Below are positions 19,138 to 28,252 of a DNA stretch of 64,000 nt, in pieces. The stretch covers positions 192,001-256,000 of the forward strand of contig JBEPZY010000001.1 in the NCBI GenBank assembly GCA_041640595.1. The letters run 5' to 3'. The stretch comes from Gemmatales bacterium (GTDB lineage: Bacteria; Planctomycetota; Planctomycetia; Gemmatales; HRBIN36). Every line of letters begins with the position of its first letter. Position 1 is the first letter of the stretch. The notes under the pieces are model-generated. The model worked only from the letters and a program-made list of their open reading frames with translations. It was not told the DNA's origin and ran no database searches. The translations under genes and the position numbers were made by a program.

Positions 19138-19707
19138 ATGCCAGGCAAATTGTGCTGTCCGGGCCTGTTGATCATAGCAGGCTGGGTGCTGGTGCTCGGG
19201 TTCGCTCGAGTGCACGGGCAGGGTGGTGCAGTGGCGGAAGGAAAACCGGCACCGAAAGTGGAATTGCCGGCCGTCAATGTCGCCACCGCTTTGCCCGATC
19301 AGAAAGACGCGAAGACGCTTTCCCTGGACGCCTTTCGTGGCAAGAAAAACGTCGTGCTTTTCTTCTTCCCCAAAGCGCTGACCTCGGGGTGAACGATAGA
19401 AAGCTGCGGTTTCCGCGACCGCATTGAGCAGTTTGCTCAGGCTGACACAGTGGTCATAGGCATCAGTGTGGACGATGTGGCTGCCCAGACCAAGTTTGCC
19501 CAGCAGAACCAGCTCAATTTCCCGCTGCTGTGCGATACGGAAAAAACCGTGACCAAAGCCTTCGGGGTGCTAGGCGCTAACGGCTTGGCCCAACGCAAGA
19601 CTTTCGTCATAGATAAGCAGGGAGTCATCCGCAAAATCTATGACAAAGTGGATGTCAAAAAACACCCAGACGAAGTCCTGGCCTGGATCAAGGCGAACCT
19701 GAAATAG
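19138..19707 (+). CDS. bcp: Peroxiredoxin (BCP/PrxQ type), probable selenoprotein with in-frame TGA at 19390-19392
   Basis: ORFs 19060-19392 and 19450-19707 are in the same frame. Read-through gives FFFPKALTSG-U-TIESCGFRD...VIGISVD...FPLLCD...RKTFVIDKQG. AGGAGG RBS before ATG 19138. Confidence 0.85.
19405..19423 (+). promoter_or_regulatory. Candidate bacterial SECIS hairpin
   Basis: TGCGGT-ttccgcg-ACCGCA, a perfect 6-bp stem starting 12 nt after the TGA. Confidence 0.55.
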
Positions 19708-19903
19708 GCCCAAGGACTAGCGACGGCGACCGTTTTCCGAACCGCCGGCTAGCCAATTGCCCGACGGATTCTTCGTCGCCCTGCAAAGAGTTCGGGAACA
19801 GGCTTCACCACTACCACGCCGCCGACCGTTCCTAGCCAAGGCCAGCAAGAACGGGATGCTCGATTAGCCGGCACACACACCTGGCTCCGCGACGAGCAAA
19901 GTG

Positions 19904-20950
19904 TCAGCGGCGGGCGGTATGGCTGACCAGGGTCAGTTGCCGCATCTCGCCCGGTTTCAATTCCAGCGTACTGTACGGGACTTCCCGACCAGAACTGTCG
20001 CGGAGATAGACACGCCAGTTTCCTGCGGCCAGGCGAATGTGGAACCGGCCTTCGTGGTCAGGCTGAACCGTACTGCGCTCGTTGGCCGACTCGTTGACGA
20101 ACACCACCTGCGAAACCTCGCTCCCGGACTCAGGCCGCAGCAGTTGACCAGCGATGGCACCGCGTGAGTCGCTGGGATTTTCCAGGGCGATGCGATCCAG
20201 ACGCGGCACAATGGGTCGGCTCGGGGCCGGTGGCGGTGGAGGTGGAGGCGAGTACATTTGCGGACGCGCCGGTGTGCTTCCCTCCGGCTGAGGCGGTGTG
20301 GGGGGATAGGTTCGCTGATACAGAGGGCTGCCATTCTCTGCGGGGGAACGGAACTCCTGGACGTTTGGGGCGGGTACAGTCGGCTGGCGGGGCGTTTCCT
20401 GGATTGCAGGGGGCGCCACTGTGGCTCCCGTACACGGGTCCACATAGTAGCAAGTCGTTTCCGGTTGCAGATAGCAGCATTGACGATAGGTGGTCACCGG
20501 CACAAATCCGCACCGCCGTACCCAGCTCGTAACCGGCGTGTAATAGGCACGCAACTGATAGGAAGTTACCGGCGTGGCTACCTGCTGGTACGTGCAGGTA
20601 CACGGATCGTAGTAACAACTGTAGCGGTACGACACCACCGGCTCGTAATAATACGAGGTGCGGTAGCTGGTCACCGGCTCGTAGTAAGTCTGGAGACGGT
20701 AGGAAGTCACGGGCTGGTAATAACAGCGCTGGACATAGCGGGTGGTACAGACCTGTTGCGGCGCCGGCGGAGCGCAGGCGACGGTCGGTGCAGGACTGAC
20801 CACCACCGGCGGAGCTTGGGCGACTACCGGCGTCGAGCGGTGGAAGCACGTGACTTGAAAGACATTTTGCCAGCCGGCCCAGGAAATTGTCGGCCAGCAC
20901 AGGGCTCCACCGATCAGCAAACTCAGCTTTAGCCAGTTGCCACGCAGCAT
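19904..20950 (-). CDS. Exported Tyr/Thr/Val/Cys-rich repeat protein with Pro-rich linker
   Basis: Signal peptide, eight YYxPVTSY-like units, a poly-Pro linker and a C-terminal beta-sandwich-like region. Confidence 0.7.
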   Translation of the reverse strand: MLRGNWLKLSLLIGGALCWPTISWAGWQNVFQVTCFHRSTPVVAQAPPVVVSPAPTVACAPPAPQQVCTTRYVQRCYYQPVTSYRLQTYYEPVTSYRTSYYYEPVVSYRYSCYYDPCTCTYQQVATPVTSYQLRAYYTPVTSWVRRCGFVPVTTYRQCCYLQPETTCYYVDPCTGATVAPPAIQETPRQPTVPAPNVQEFRSPAENGSPLYQRTYPPTPPQPEGSTPARPQMYSPPPPPPPAPSRPIVPRLDRIALENPSDSRGAIAGQLLRPESGSEVSQVVFVNESANERSTVQPDHEGRFHIRLAAGNWRVYLRDSSGREVPYSTLELKPGEMRQLTLVSHTARR

Positions 20951-21220
20951 AGCTCGCTCTCCTTTGCTTTGACCCCTCTGATATACACAATAGTCTGGCA
21001 TACGAATTCTCCAAGGGTCAACAATTTTCGCAGCACCGGCATAACTCCACGACGGTGAGAAACTTTACCGGTTATGCAGACTTTGATGGTTCGCGTCGGG
21101 CAGAAAAAGTTGCGTCGGGCCAATTTCGCTTAGGATGATATGGGCGAGTGGGCGTCTCTGGGGCGTTGGCAACTCTTTGCCAGGCCAGCAACGCCAGCGT
21201 GCCGGTCATGCCAATTACAG

Positions 21221-22072
21221 ATGTCTCTCATGGCAAACGAAAAACCGACTGTGGAATACGAATTTGGTGTGCCTTTTCCCGGCCGGGTTGTGCCCGCGCA
21301 ACAGTGGACACAGACGGCGATCAAACGGCTCCCCACCACCGGGCCGTTTGACTGGTCGGCGATTTTTGGCCGCGACGCTCCACGTTTGCTCGATCTGGGC
21401 TGCGGCAACGGACGGTTTCTGATCGCCCATGCCCTGGCCCACCCGGATTGGGATCATCTGGGCGTGGATTGTCTGCCCGTGGTCATCCGCTACGCCGTCA
21501 AGCGAGCCAATCAACGGGGCCTGACCAATATCCGCTTTGCCGTTGCCGATGCCCGCGAGGTAATGGAACGCCTGATTCCTCCTGGCAGCATCGCCGAAAT
21601 CCACATCTATCATCCCCAGCCCTATTACGACCTGGCCGAGTTACATCGCCGGCTCATTACGCCGCATTTCCTGGTTCTGGTCCATCGAGCGTTGCAGCCG
21701 GGCGGCAAACTTGTGATCCAGTCCGACAATCCCGGTTACTGGAACTACATCCGCCAGCTGGTGCCTATCTTCTTCCATTTTGAGGAGCGTCAGGAACCCT
21801 GGCCCGATGCGCCGCAAGGGCGAACAAGACGGGAAATTCTCGCCCGGCAACGAGGTCTGCCAGTGTTTCGGGGAATCGGCATTCGCCGCGACGAGCTCGC
21901 CGAAAGCGAAGCCCTGCGACAAGCCGAGACCCTGCCACCTCCGGTGTTCAATGCTGACCGGCGGCTGCTGGCACTCGACCACCTGGAACGCCAGCTCGAC
22001 AATGAGCAACGCCAGGCCAGGGGTTCAGGGAAGCCAGGAGCGTCGCGGCGTCGCCGACCCCGCGGTAAATAA
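21221..22072 (+). CDS. TrmB-like SAM-dependent methyltransferase with atypical active site
   Basis: LDLGCGNGRF, GLTNIRF...DA, HPQPY (TrmB has FPDPW), HRRLI and LQPGG motifs. Confidence 0.7.
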   Translation: MSLMANEKPTVEYEFGVPFPGRVVPAQQWTQTAIKRLPTTGPFDWSAIFGRDAPRLLDLGCGNGRFLIAHALAHPDWDHLGVDCLPVVIRYAVKRANQRGLTNIRFAVADAREVMERLIPPGSIAEIHIYHPQPYYDLAELHRRLITPHFLVLVHRALQPGGKLVIQSDNPGYWNYIRQLVPIFFHFEERQEPWPDAPQGRTRREILARQRGLPVFRGIGIRRDELAESEALRQAETLPPPVFNADRRLLALDHLERQLDNEQRQARGSGKPGASRRRRPRGK

Positions 22073-22128
22073 TAAAACGAACCGGCCTGCACGCTTGTTT
22101 CCGATCTTCACCACATTCATGCGAGGCT

Positions 22129-23232
22129 ATGCCGATGACGCGACTGGCAACGCCGACCGCTTATCCTCCCTGTCCGGTGCGGGCACCGCTTCGCTGGGGC
22201 AGTCTCCAGCTGGCCACACGCTATTTGCTGGCACCGCTGGCCGGCTACACCAATCTGGCCTTTCGGCTGGCTGTGCGCGAACTCGGCGGAGTCGGCTTGT
22301 GCACCACCGATCTCATCAATGCCATCGCTCTGGTGCGCGGCAGCCAGAAAACGCTCGGTATGATCAAGACCTGCCCCGCTGACCGACCTCTGGCGGTGCA
22401 GATTTTCGGTTCCGACCCCACGATCATGCAGGAAGCCGCGCGGTGGCTGGAAGCCTACGGCGTTACTTCCGTGGACATCAACATGGGCTGTCCGGTGGAG
22501 AAAATCACCCGCTGCGGTGCCGGTTCCGCTCTGATGTGCGATGTGGGCCAGGCGGTGCGACTGGTGCAGGCGGTGGTCGAGGCGGTTCGCATACCGGTTA
22601 CCGTGAAAATGCGACTCGGCTGGGACGATGAACACTGGACTGCTCCAGCTCTGGCCCGCGAATTTGAACAGATCGGCGTCGCCGCGGTTACTATCCACGG
22701 CCGAACACGGGAGCAGGGTTTTTCCGGCCAGGTGAATCTGGCTGGGATTCGTGCTGTGGTCGAGGCAGTCGAGCGAATGCCGGTCATCGGCAACGGCGAT
22801 GTTCGCACTATTGACGACGCCTGGCGTATGCTTCACCAGACTGGTTGCCAGGGCATCGCCATTGGTCGGGGTGCGTTGCTCAATCCGTGGATTTTCAGGC
22901 AACTGCAGGAATGGGAAACGACCGGACAGGTGCATTCCTCTCCGGACTGGTGGGCCTATCTGGTGTTTATGGAGCGGCATTTTGAGCTTCAGGTCGAGGA
23001 ACGCGGCGAGCGAATCGGTTGCTCTACGTTTCGGAAACCAGCTGGGTGGTATTGCAAGGTGTTGCGGCCCGAAAAACGGTTACGAGCCCGGCTCATGCAG
23101 GTACGGAGTGTCGAGGAATTCCGCGACATTGTGGCGCAAATGCGTCAGCAAGGCCCACCGCGAGCCTGGTTGCCACCTGCCCGTTACCATTCGCCCATAC
23201 CCGTACCGACCGGCCCAATTGCTCACTGGTAG
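22129..23232 (+). CDS. dusB: tRNA-dihydrouridine synthase
   Basis: LAPLAGYT, VDINMGCPV, PVTVKMRLGWD, IHGRT and IGNGDV motifs. Confidence 0.9.
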   Translation: MPMTRLATPTAYPPCPVRAPLRWGSLQLATRYLLAPLAGYTNLAFRLAVRELGGVGLCTTDLINAIALVRGSQKTLGMIKTCPADRPLAVQIFGSDPTIMQEAARWLEAYGVTSVDINMGCPVEKITRCGAGSALMCDVGQAVRLVQAVVEAVRIPVTVKMRLGWDDEHWTAPALAREFEQIGVAAVTIHGRTREQGFSGQVNLAGIRAVVEAVERMPVIGNGDVRTIDDAWRMLHQTGCQGIAIGRGALLNPWIFRQLQEWETTGQVHSSPDWWAYLVFMERHFELQVEERGERIGCSTFRKPAGWYCKVLRPEKRLRARLMQVRSVEEFRDIVAQMRQQGPPRAWLPPARYHSPIPVPTGPIAHW

Positions 23233-23401
23233 CCGTTTCCTTACACTGACACCGTGGACGGCCGTGGCTGTACGCTCTTCATCGGCCCCAGGCGTACGAA
23301 TTACGGCGTCCCAGTGCAACACTAAACGCATGCTGCCGCAGTGCTGCCGGTGTCTGCTCACCGACGCAGCCTTCAGTACCGATACAGCTAAGGAGCCTGC
23401 C

Positions 23402-24796
23402 ATGCTACCTACCAGGGTCGGGAAACTTAGTTTCGGTTGGGGTATCGCCGCACGCCACCGCAATAAGCATCCCCAAACGCATGCCGTGCTTGTTGGGCCG
23501 TTGCTGGTCGGACTTAGTCTGGCTCTGATTCTGCTAATTCTCGCCGGACTCGGTTGCTCCTGGGTTTCTGCTCAGGTGGTTCATAAAGATACCGCGGACT
23601 GGCTCTGGAGCACCGCTTATGCCATTCCTAAGCATTTGACCAATCAGGGGAGCGGTTATTTCTCTATTGTTGAAGGCAAAAACGGTTGCCTGTATATCGG
23701 CACAGCGAAGTACGGCGAGAATGCTTACTTAGTGGAATTCAATCTCCGCACTAAGCAAATGAAGGTAGTGGTAGATGTGATGAAGGCGATCGGCAGTTCC
23801 GCTAAGGGGTTTGCTGCCCAGGCCAAGATTCACACCCGCAACAATGTCGGTGAAAGTGGCAGAATCTATTTCGGCACCAAGCAAGGCTATCCAGAGAAAG
23901 GCGAAAAACGCACTGATTACCCCGGCGGTTATCCCATGGTTTACGATCCGCAAACCGGCGAAATCAAGGTCTATCCGATCCCAATCCCGCATCAAGGTAT
24001 TATCAGTATCACGCCGGATGAATCACGCGGTATTGCCTATATATCTACGTGCTCGGACGAACGGCCTATCGAAAGCACACATTTCATGATCCTTGATTTG
24101 AAGACCGGTAAATACCGGGACTTGATGGATTGCCAGCATGTATATGCCTTTATTGTGCTCGATTATTTAGGGCGTGCTTATCATCCCATTCGTGGCGGCG
24201 ATATTGCCCGTTACGATCCGCGGAGCGATAAACTGGAACGGTTACGGCAAACGATAGATGGTCAGCCACCTAAAGATTCGTTGCTGGCTCATCCGCATAG
24301 CCATCCGATTAACTGGGAAGTCTCTCCCGACCGTAAGACACTTTATGCCGTGGCCATGAACGAGAATCAACTTTATGCGTATGACCTGACCACCAGCGGC
24401 GAGGTATTACCTGGCCGGCGTTTAGGGGCCTTGATTAATCATCCCGAAGCTAAGACCGATTGCCGGGCCCTGTGCGTGGGCCAGGATGGGACGGTATGGA
24501 TGGGTGTCGCGGTCAGCCTTCCTAAGCATGACCAAACCTTGCGCATCGTCAGTTATAGGCCCGGCGAATCGGGTTGCCGGGATCACGGCCCGATTGCTAT
24601 TCGCAATCCCGACTATACTAATTTCACCGACGAACGCGGCAAACCGCTTCCCTGGCATCACGGGGTGCGTCGCCGACCGGATGGTATTCTGGTGCCCCAG
24701 TTTCACATTATGGGCATCTGCGCGGCGAGCAACGGTTGCATCTATGCCACCACGCTGGCCCCGTTCACCCTGCATGAGATCGAAATCAAGCGCTAG
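23402..24796 (+). CDS. Membrane-anchored or exported hypothetical protein, probable beta-propeller
   Basis: AAGGAG RBS, N-terminal hydrophobic segment and repeated G.(L/I)Y.GT / YDP.TG blades. Confidence 0.6.
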   Translation: MLPTRVGKLSFGWGIAARHRNKHPQTHAVLVGPLLVGLSLALILLILAGLGCSWVSAQVVHKDTADWLWSTAYAIPKHLTNQGSGYFSIVEGKNGCLYIGTAKYGENAYLVEFNLRTKQMKVVVDVMKAIGSSAKGFAAQAKIHTRNNVGESGRIYFGTKQGYPEKGEKRTDYPGGYPMVYDPQTGEIKVYPIPIPHQGIISITPDESRGIAYISTCSDERPIESTHFMILDLKTGKYRDLMDCQHVYAFIVLDYLGRAYHPIRGGDIARYDPRSDKLERLRQTIDGQPPKDSLLAHPHSHPINWEVSPDRKTLYAVAMNENQLYAYDLTTSGEVLPGRRLGALINHPEAKTDCRALCVGQDGTVWMGVAVSLPKHDQTLRIVSYRPGESGCRDHGPIAIRNPDYTNFTDERGKPLPWHHGVRRRPDGILVPQFHIMGICAASNGCIYATTLAPFTLHEIEIKR

Positions 24797-24978
24797 CGAT
24801 CAGCTTCGGAAGGCTAGCTTTGGGCCCTGTTCAGCGCTGGCATGAGTTGATGGCGCTTGCCGGAGAAATATATGCGCCAGTTTCTCACGGATTTCTCACG
24901 AAAATCCGTCCGGTGGCGACGGAACCTGAGTGGTTCTACGGTGTTAGAAAATACGGGTAGCAATGGAGGTGGGAAACA

Positions 24979-26583
24979 ATGATGTGGCGAAACCTCGTGT
25001 GCATGCTGGCAGTGATTGCGACGGTCGGCGTACTGGCCTGTCTGGCGGAGGCAGATTCGCAGAGGGCCACGGGAAAAGCAAACGCCGCCCGGGCAGCGAC
25101 GGGTCCCGCCAGTGCTGCGGAAGTGGCCAGCCAAATAGACGCCATCATTACCCGGCGGCTGGCTGCCGAGAAGGTAACGCCTTCCGAACCGGCCAGCGAT
25201 GCCGAGTTCTTGCGGCGTGTTTATCTCGACATCACCGGCAGAATCCCTACCGCCGAACAGGCTGCTGCATTCCTGGATAGCACTGATCCGCAGAAGCGGG
25301 CGCAGCTGATCGAGCAATTACTGGCCAGCCCTGAATACGGCCGGCACTTTGCGGATGAGTGGGTGCGTCTGCTGGTGCCGCGAAATTCCGATAACCGGGC
25401 GTTGCGAACCCAGCCGTTATTCGACTGGCTGGCCGAACAGTTCAATCAGAACCGGCCCTGGAGCGAAATTGTAACGGCATTGCTGACGGCTACGGGTACG
25501 CAACAGGAAAATCCGGCGGTGACTTATTTCCTGGCCAATCAGGGGCTGGATCAGATCACCAACTCGGTTTGCAAGCTCTTTCTCGGCAACCAGCTGCAAT
25601 GTGCTCAGTGCCACAATCACCCGTTCACCAACTGGAAGCAGAACGATTACTGGTCGTTTGCAGCGTTCTTCTCGAAGGTGCGTGCCGACAACACGGTGCG
25701 TGCGGCTAAACTGGGCAATACTCCTGGCGTGACGGAATCGAACCGGATTTTCGGTCGTCGGCCCAATCTGCCGGAGTCGTATAAGGCCCTGCCGCCGAAA
25801 TTCCTGGGCGGAGCGCAACCGGAACTGCGTAGCGAGGAACCCTATCGGCCGGTGCTGGCGAAATGGCTCACCGCTCCGGACAACCCGTATTTTGCCCGAG
25901 CCACGGTCAATCGCTGGTGGGCCAAGTTTTTCGGACGCGGTCTGGTCAACCCCGTGGATGACATGCACGAGGATAATCCGCCGACTTATCCGGAGTTGCT
26001 GGATTTGCTGGCCACACAATTTGCCGCCCACAATTTCGACCTGAAATGGCTGGTGCGCACTATCACCAACACGCAGGCGTATCAGCGAAGCAGCAGGCCG
26101 GTCGGCGAGCAACCAGCCGACCCGACGCTGTTCGCACAGATGCCGGTCAAACCGATGACCCCGGCACAACTGTTCGACGCACTGGCGCAAGTGGTCGGTT
26201 TCAACCGCAACTTGACCGTTCGCAAACCGACGGTCGGCGGCAAGCCAGCGTTCAACATCCGTGAGGCGTTTATCGTTGCCTTCAGCGGAGACGAAGGAGC
26301 CGACCCACTCGATTACCAGTTGGGAATTCCCCATGCCTTGCGGCTGATGAATTCGCAACTGACCAATGTCGAAGGGCTGGCTTTGCAGGAGGCGTTGCGG
26401 CGAGGTAAGACGCCCCAGGAGATTCTCGACTGGCTGTATCTGGGTATGCTGTCTCGTCGGCCCACGGAGCAAGAACGGCAGCGTTTCCTGGCATACGTGG
26501 CCGAACGCAAATACGACCGCTCTGCCTGGGCGGATGTCTTCTGGGCGCTTTTGAATTCCAGCGAATTCGTGCTGACGCGGTAA
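24979..26583 (+). CDS. DUF1549/DUF1553 (PSD1/PSD2) domain protein
   Basis: DAEFLRRVYLDITGRIPT, CAQCHNHPF (CxxCH), NPYFARATVNR.W..FFGRGLVNPVDD and WALLNSSEF motifs. Confidence 0.9.
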   Translation: MMWRNLVCMLAVIATVGVLACLAEADSQRATGKANAARAATGPASAAEVASQIDAIITRRLAAEKVTPSEPASDAEFLRRVYLDITGRIPTAEQAAAFLDSTDPQKRAQLIEQLLASPEYGRHFADEWVRLLVPRNSDNRALRTQPLFDWLAEQFNQNRPWSEIVTALLTATGTQQENPAVTYFLANQGLDQITNSVCKLFLGNQLQCAQCHNHPFTNWKQNDYWSFAAFFSKVRADNTVRAAKLGNTPGVTESNRIFGRRPNLPESYKALPPKFLGGAQPELRSEEPYRPVLAKWLTAPDNPYFARATVNRWWAKFFGRGLVNPVDDMHEDNPPTYPELLDLLATQFAAHNFDLKWLVRTITNTQAYQRSSRPVGEQPADPTLFAQMPVKPMTPAQLFDALAQVVGFNRNLTVRKPTVGGKPAFNIREAFIVAFSGDEGADPLDYQLGIPHALRLMNSQLTNVEGLALQEALRRGKTPQEILDWLYLGMLSRRPTEQERQRFLAYVAERKYDRSAWADVFWALLNSSEFVLTR

Positions 26584-26712
26584 CCGACGCTGCCGGGCGG
26601 TGGGGTGACGCCAGCCGTTGCCCTGCCGCCTGCTTGGTGAAACAAATAGCCCATTGTGGTCGGGTCACTGGATAAGCGAAACGTCTCGGAAACTTGCAGA
26701 AGGAGAGAACGC

Positions 26713-27981
26713 ATGAAGAATGCTGCGGGCTTATCTCGGCGGGAATTTTGCCAGTTATCCGCTGCGGGGATAGTCGGCTGGTCAGCTTCCGGTTGGCTGG
26801 ACATTCTGGCACTCCGCGCGGCGGAATCACAACAGCGGCATAAAGCCTGCATTCTTTTGTGGATGGACGGCGGACCTTCCCACAAAGACACCTTCGACAT
26901 GAAGCCGGGCACCAAACATGCCGGCGAATTTAAGCCGATCCCCACTTCCGTGCCAGGCATTCAGATCAGCGAACATTTCCCGAAGCTGGCGCAACTCATG
27001 CAGCATGCCGTCATTCTGCGGGGGATGAGTACCGGCGAAGGTGCCCATCCGCGGGCTCGTTACTATTTGCACACCGGTTACCGCGAAGGACAGGGCGGCG
27101 TGGTGCATCCCAGCATCGGCTCGATCGTGTCCAAGGAGCTGGGCAATCCGGACTTTCCGCTGCCGAATTTCGTGGCGGTGTCGGCGCGCACTTTTGGTGC
27201 GGGTTACCTCGGCCCGCGGCATGAACCGCTTATCGTCAACGATCCGACTCGCGGCGTGGAGAATCTTCAATCCTGGGTCAGCGAATCCAGGTTCCAGGAC
27301 CGCGTCAGCTTGCTGACGGAACTGGAACAGGGCTTTTATCGGACTTACCGCAGCCCGGCCGCGCAGGCGCATCAAACCATGTATGCTCGTGCGGTGGAGT
27401 TGATGCGATCGAAGGAAGCAAAAGCCTTCGACCTCAACCAGGAACCTGCCAGTGTTCGACAACGTTACGGCAACACTCGCTTTGGTGATGCCTGTTTACT
27501 GGCGCGGCGACTTGTCGAAGTCGGCGTCAAATTCGTCGAGGTTACCCTGCCCGGCTGGGATACCCATCAAAACAACTTCACGCGGGTGCGGGAACTTTCG
27601 CAGCAGGTGGACCCCGCCATCAGTGCCCTGATCGAAGATTTGAAAGCCCGCGGTCTGCTCGACAGCACCCTGATCATCTGGATGGGCGAATTCGGTCGCA
27701 CGCCGCACATCAACAACCGCGGGCCGCAACCTGGACGCGATCACTGGCCGCGAGCCTGGAGCACATTGCTCATCGGTGGCGGCATTAAAGGCGGGCAGGT
27801 CATCGGCAAGACCGACGCCGAAGGCGCGACTGTGGTCGAGCGGCCCATCTCCGCTCTTGATTTCCTGGCCACCGTCTGCACTATCCTCGGCATTGATTAC
27901 AGCAAGCAATACACGACTCCGCGGGGTCGGCCTATTCGTATTGTGGATCGCGGCGCCAATCCGATTCGGGAAATTCTGTAG
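26713..27981 (+). CDS. DUF1501 domain protein with Tat signal
   Basis: SRREF, WMDGGPSHKDTFDMKP, GWDTH, GEFGRTP and GRDHWP motifs. Confidence 0.9.
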   Translation: MKNAAGLSRREFCQLSAAGIVGWSASGWLDILALRAAESQQRHKACILLWMDGGPSHKDTFDMKPGTKHAGEFKPIPTSVPGIQISEHFPKLAQLMQHAVILRGMSTGEGAHPRARYYLHTGYREGQGGVVHPSIGSIVSKELGNPDFPLPNFVAVSARTFGAGYLGPRHEPLIVNDPTRGVENLQSWVSESRFQDRVSLLTELEQGFYRTYRSPAAQAHQTMYARAVELMRSKEAKAFDLNQEPASVRQRYGNTRFGDACLLARRLVEVGVKFVEVTLPGWDTHQNNFTRVRELSQQVDPAISALIEDLKARGLLDSTLIIWMGEFGRTPHINNRGPQPGRDHWPRAWSTLLIGGGIKGGQVIGKTDAEGATVVERPISALDFLATVCTILGIDYSKQYTTPRGRPIRIVDRGANPIREIL

Positions 27982-28252
27982 TTAGTCCCACCCCGGCAAA
28001 TATTCTTTCCAGCAACGAGATTGCCTCGCTCGCGCCTGGCATGACGGCAAGGCATGGCCACAACGCCAGGCTGGCCCAACTCCGAATCGCCCAACCGATC
28101 GCCAGCATCAAGGGTACGGCATGCCGTACCCTTATTCATTTCCATCGAGCCCAGCCTGTGCGGGAATTGGACCGCCCGCGTGCCTAGTCCTGCCTTTACC
28201 GAATTGCTAGATCATGGTCGGCGGTGCCTTGGGACCAAACGGAGGATACGGT

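Noticed and set aside
19060..19707. Two separate small genes or a pseudogene
   Set aside because: Same frame, the stop falls exactly on the catalytic Cys column, there are no other lesions, and a hairpin follows. Recoding is the better explanation, though unproven.
22751..23401. Long N-terminal extensions in the ORF track (also 13592, 18009, 18269, 52866, 54326, 55513)
   Set aside because: They overlap neighbouring genes or repeats, or add non-domain sequence. Internal ATGs with RBS match the expected domain starts.
26597..26620. Possible additional REP copy (cggtggggtgacgccagccg)
   Set aside because: The stem is poorly paired and the flanking (A/G)GAG and TGG are missing.
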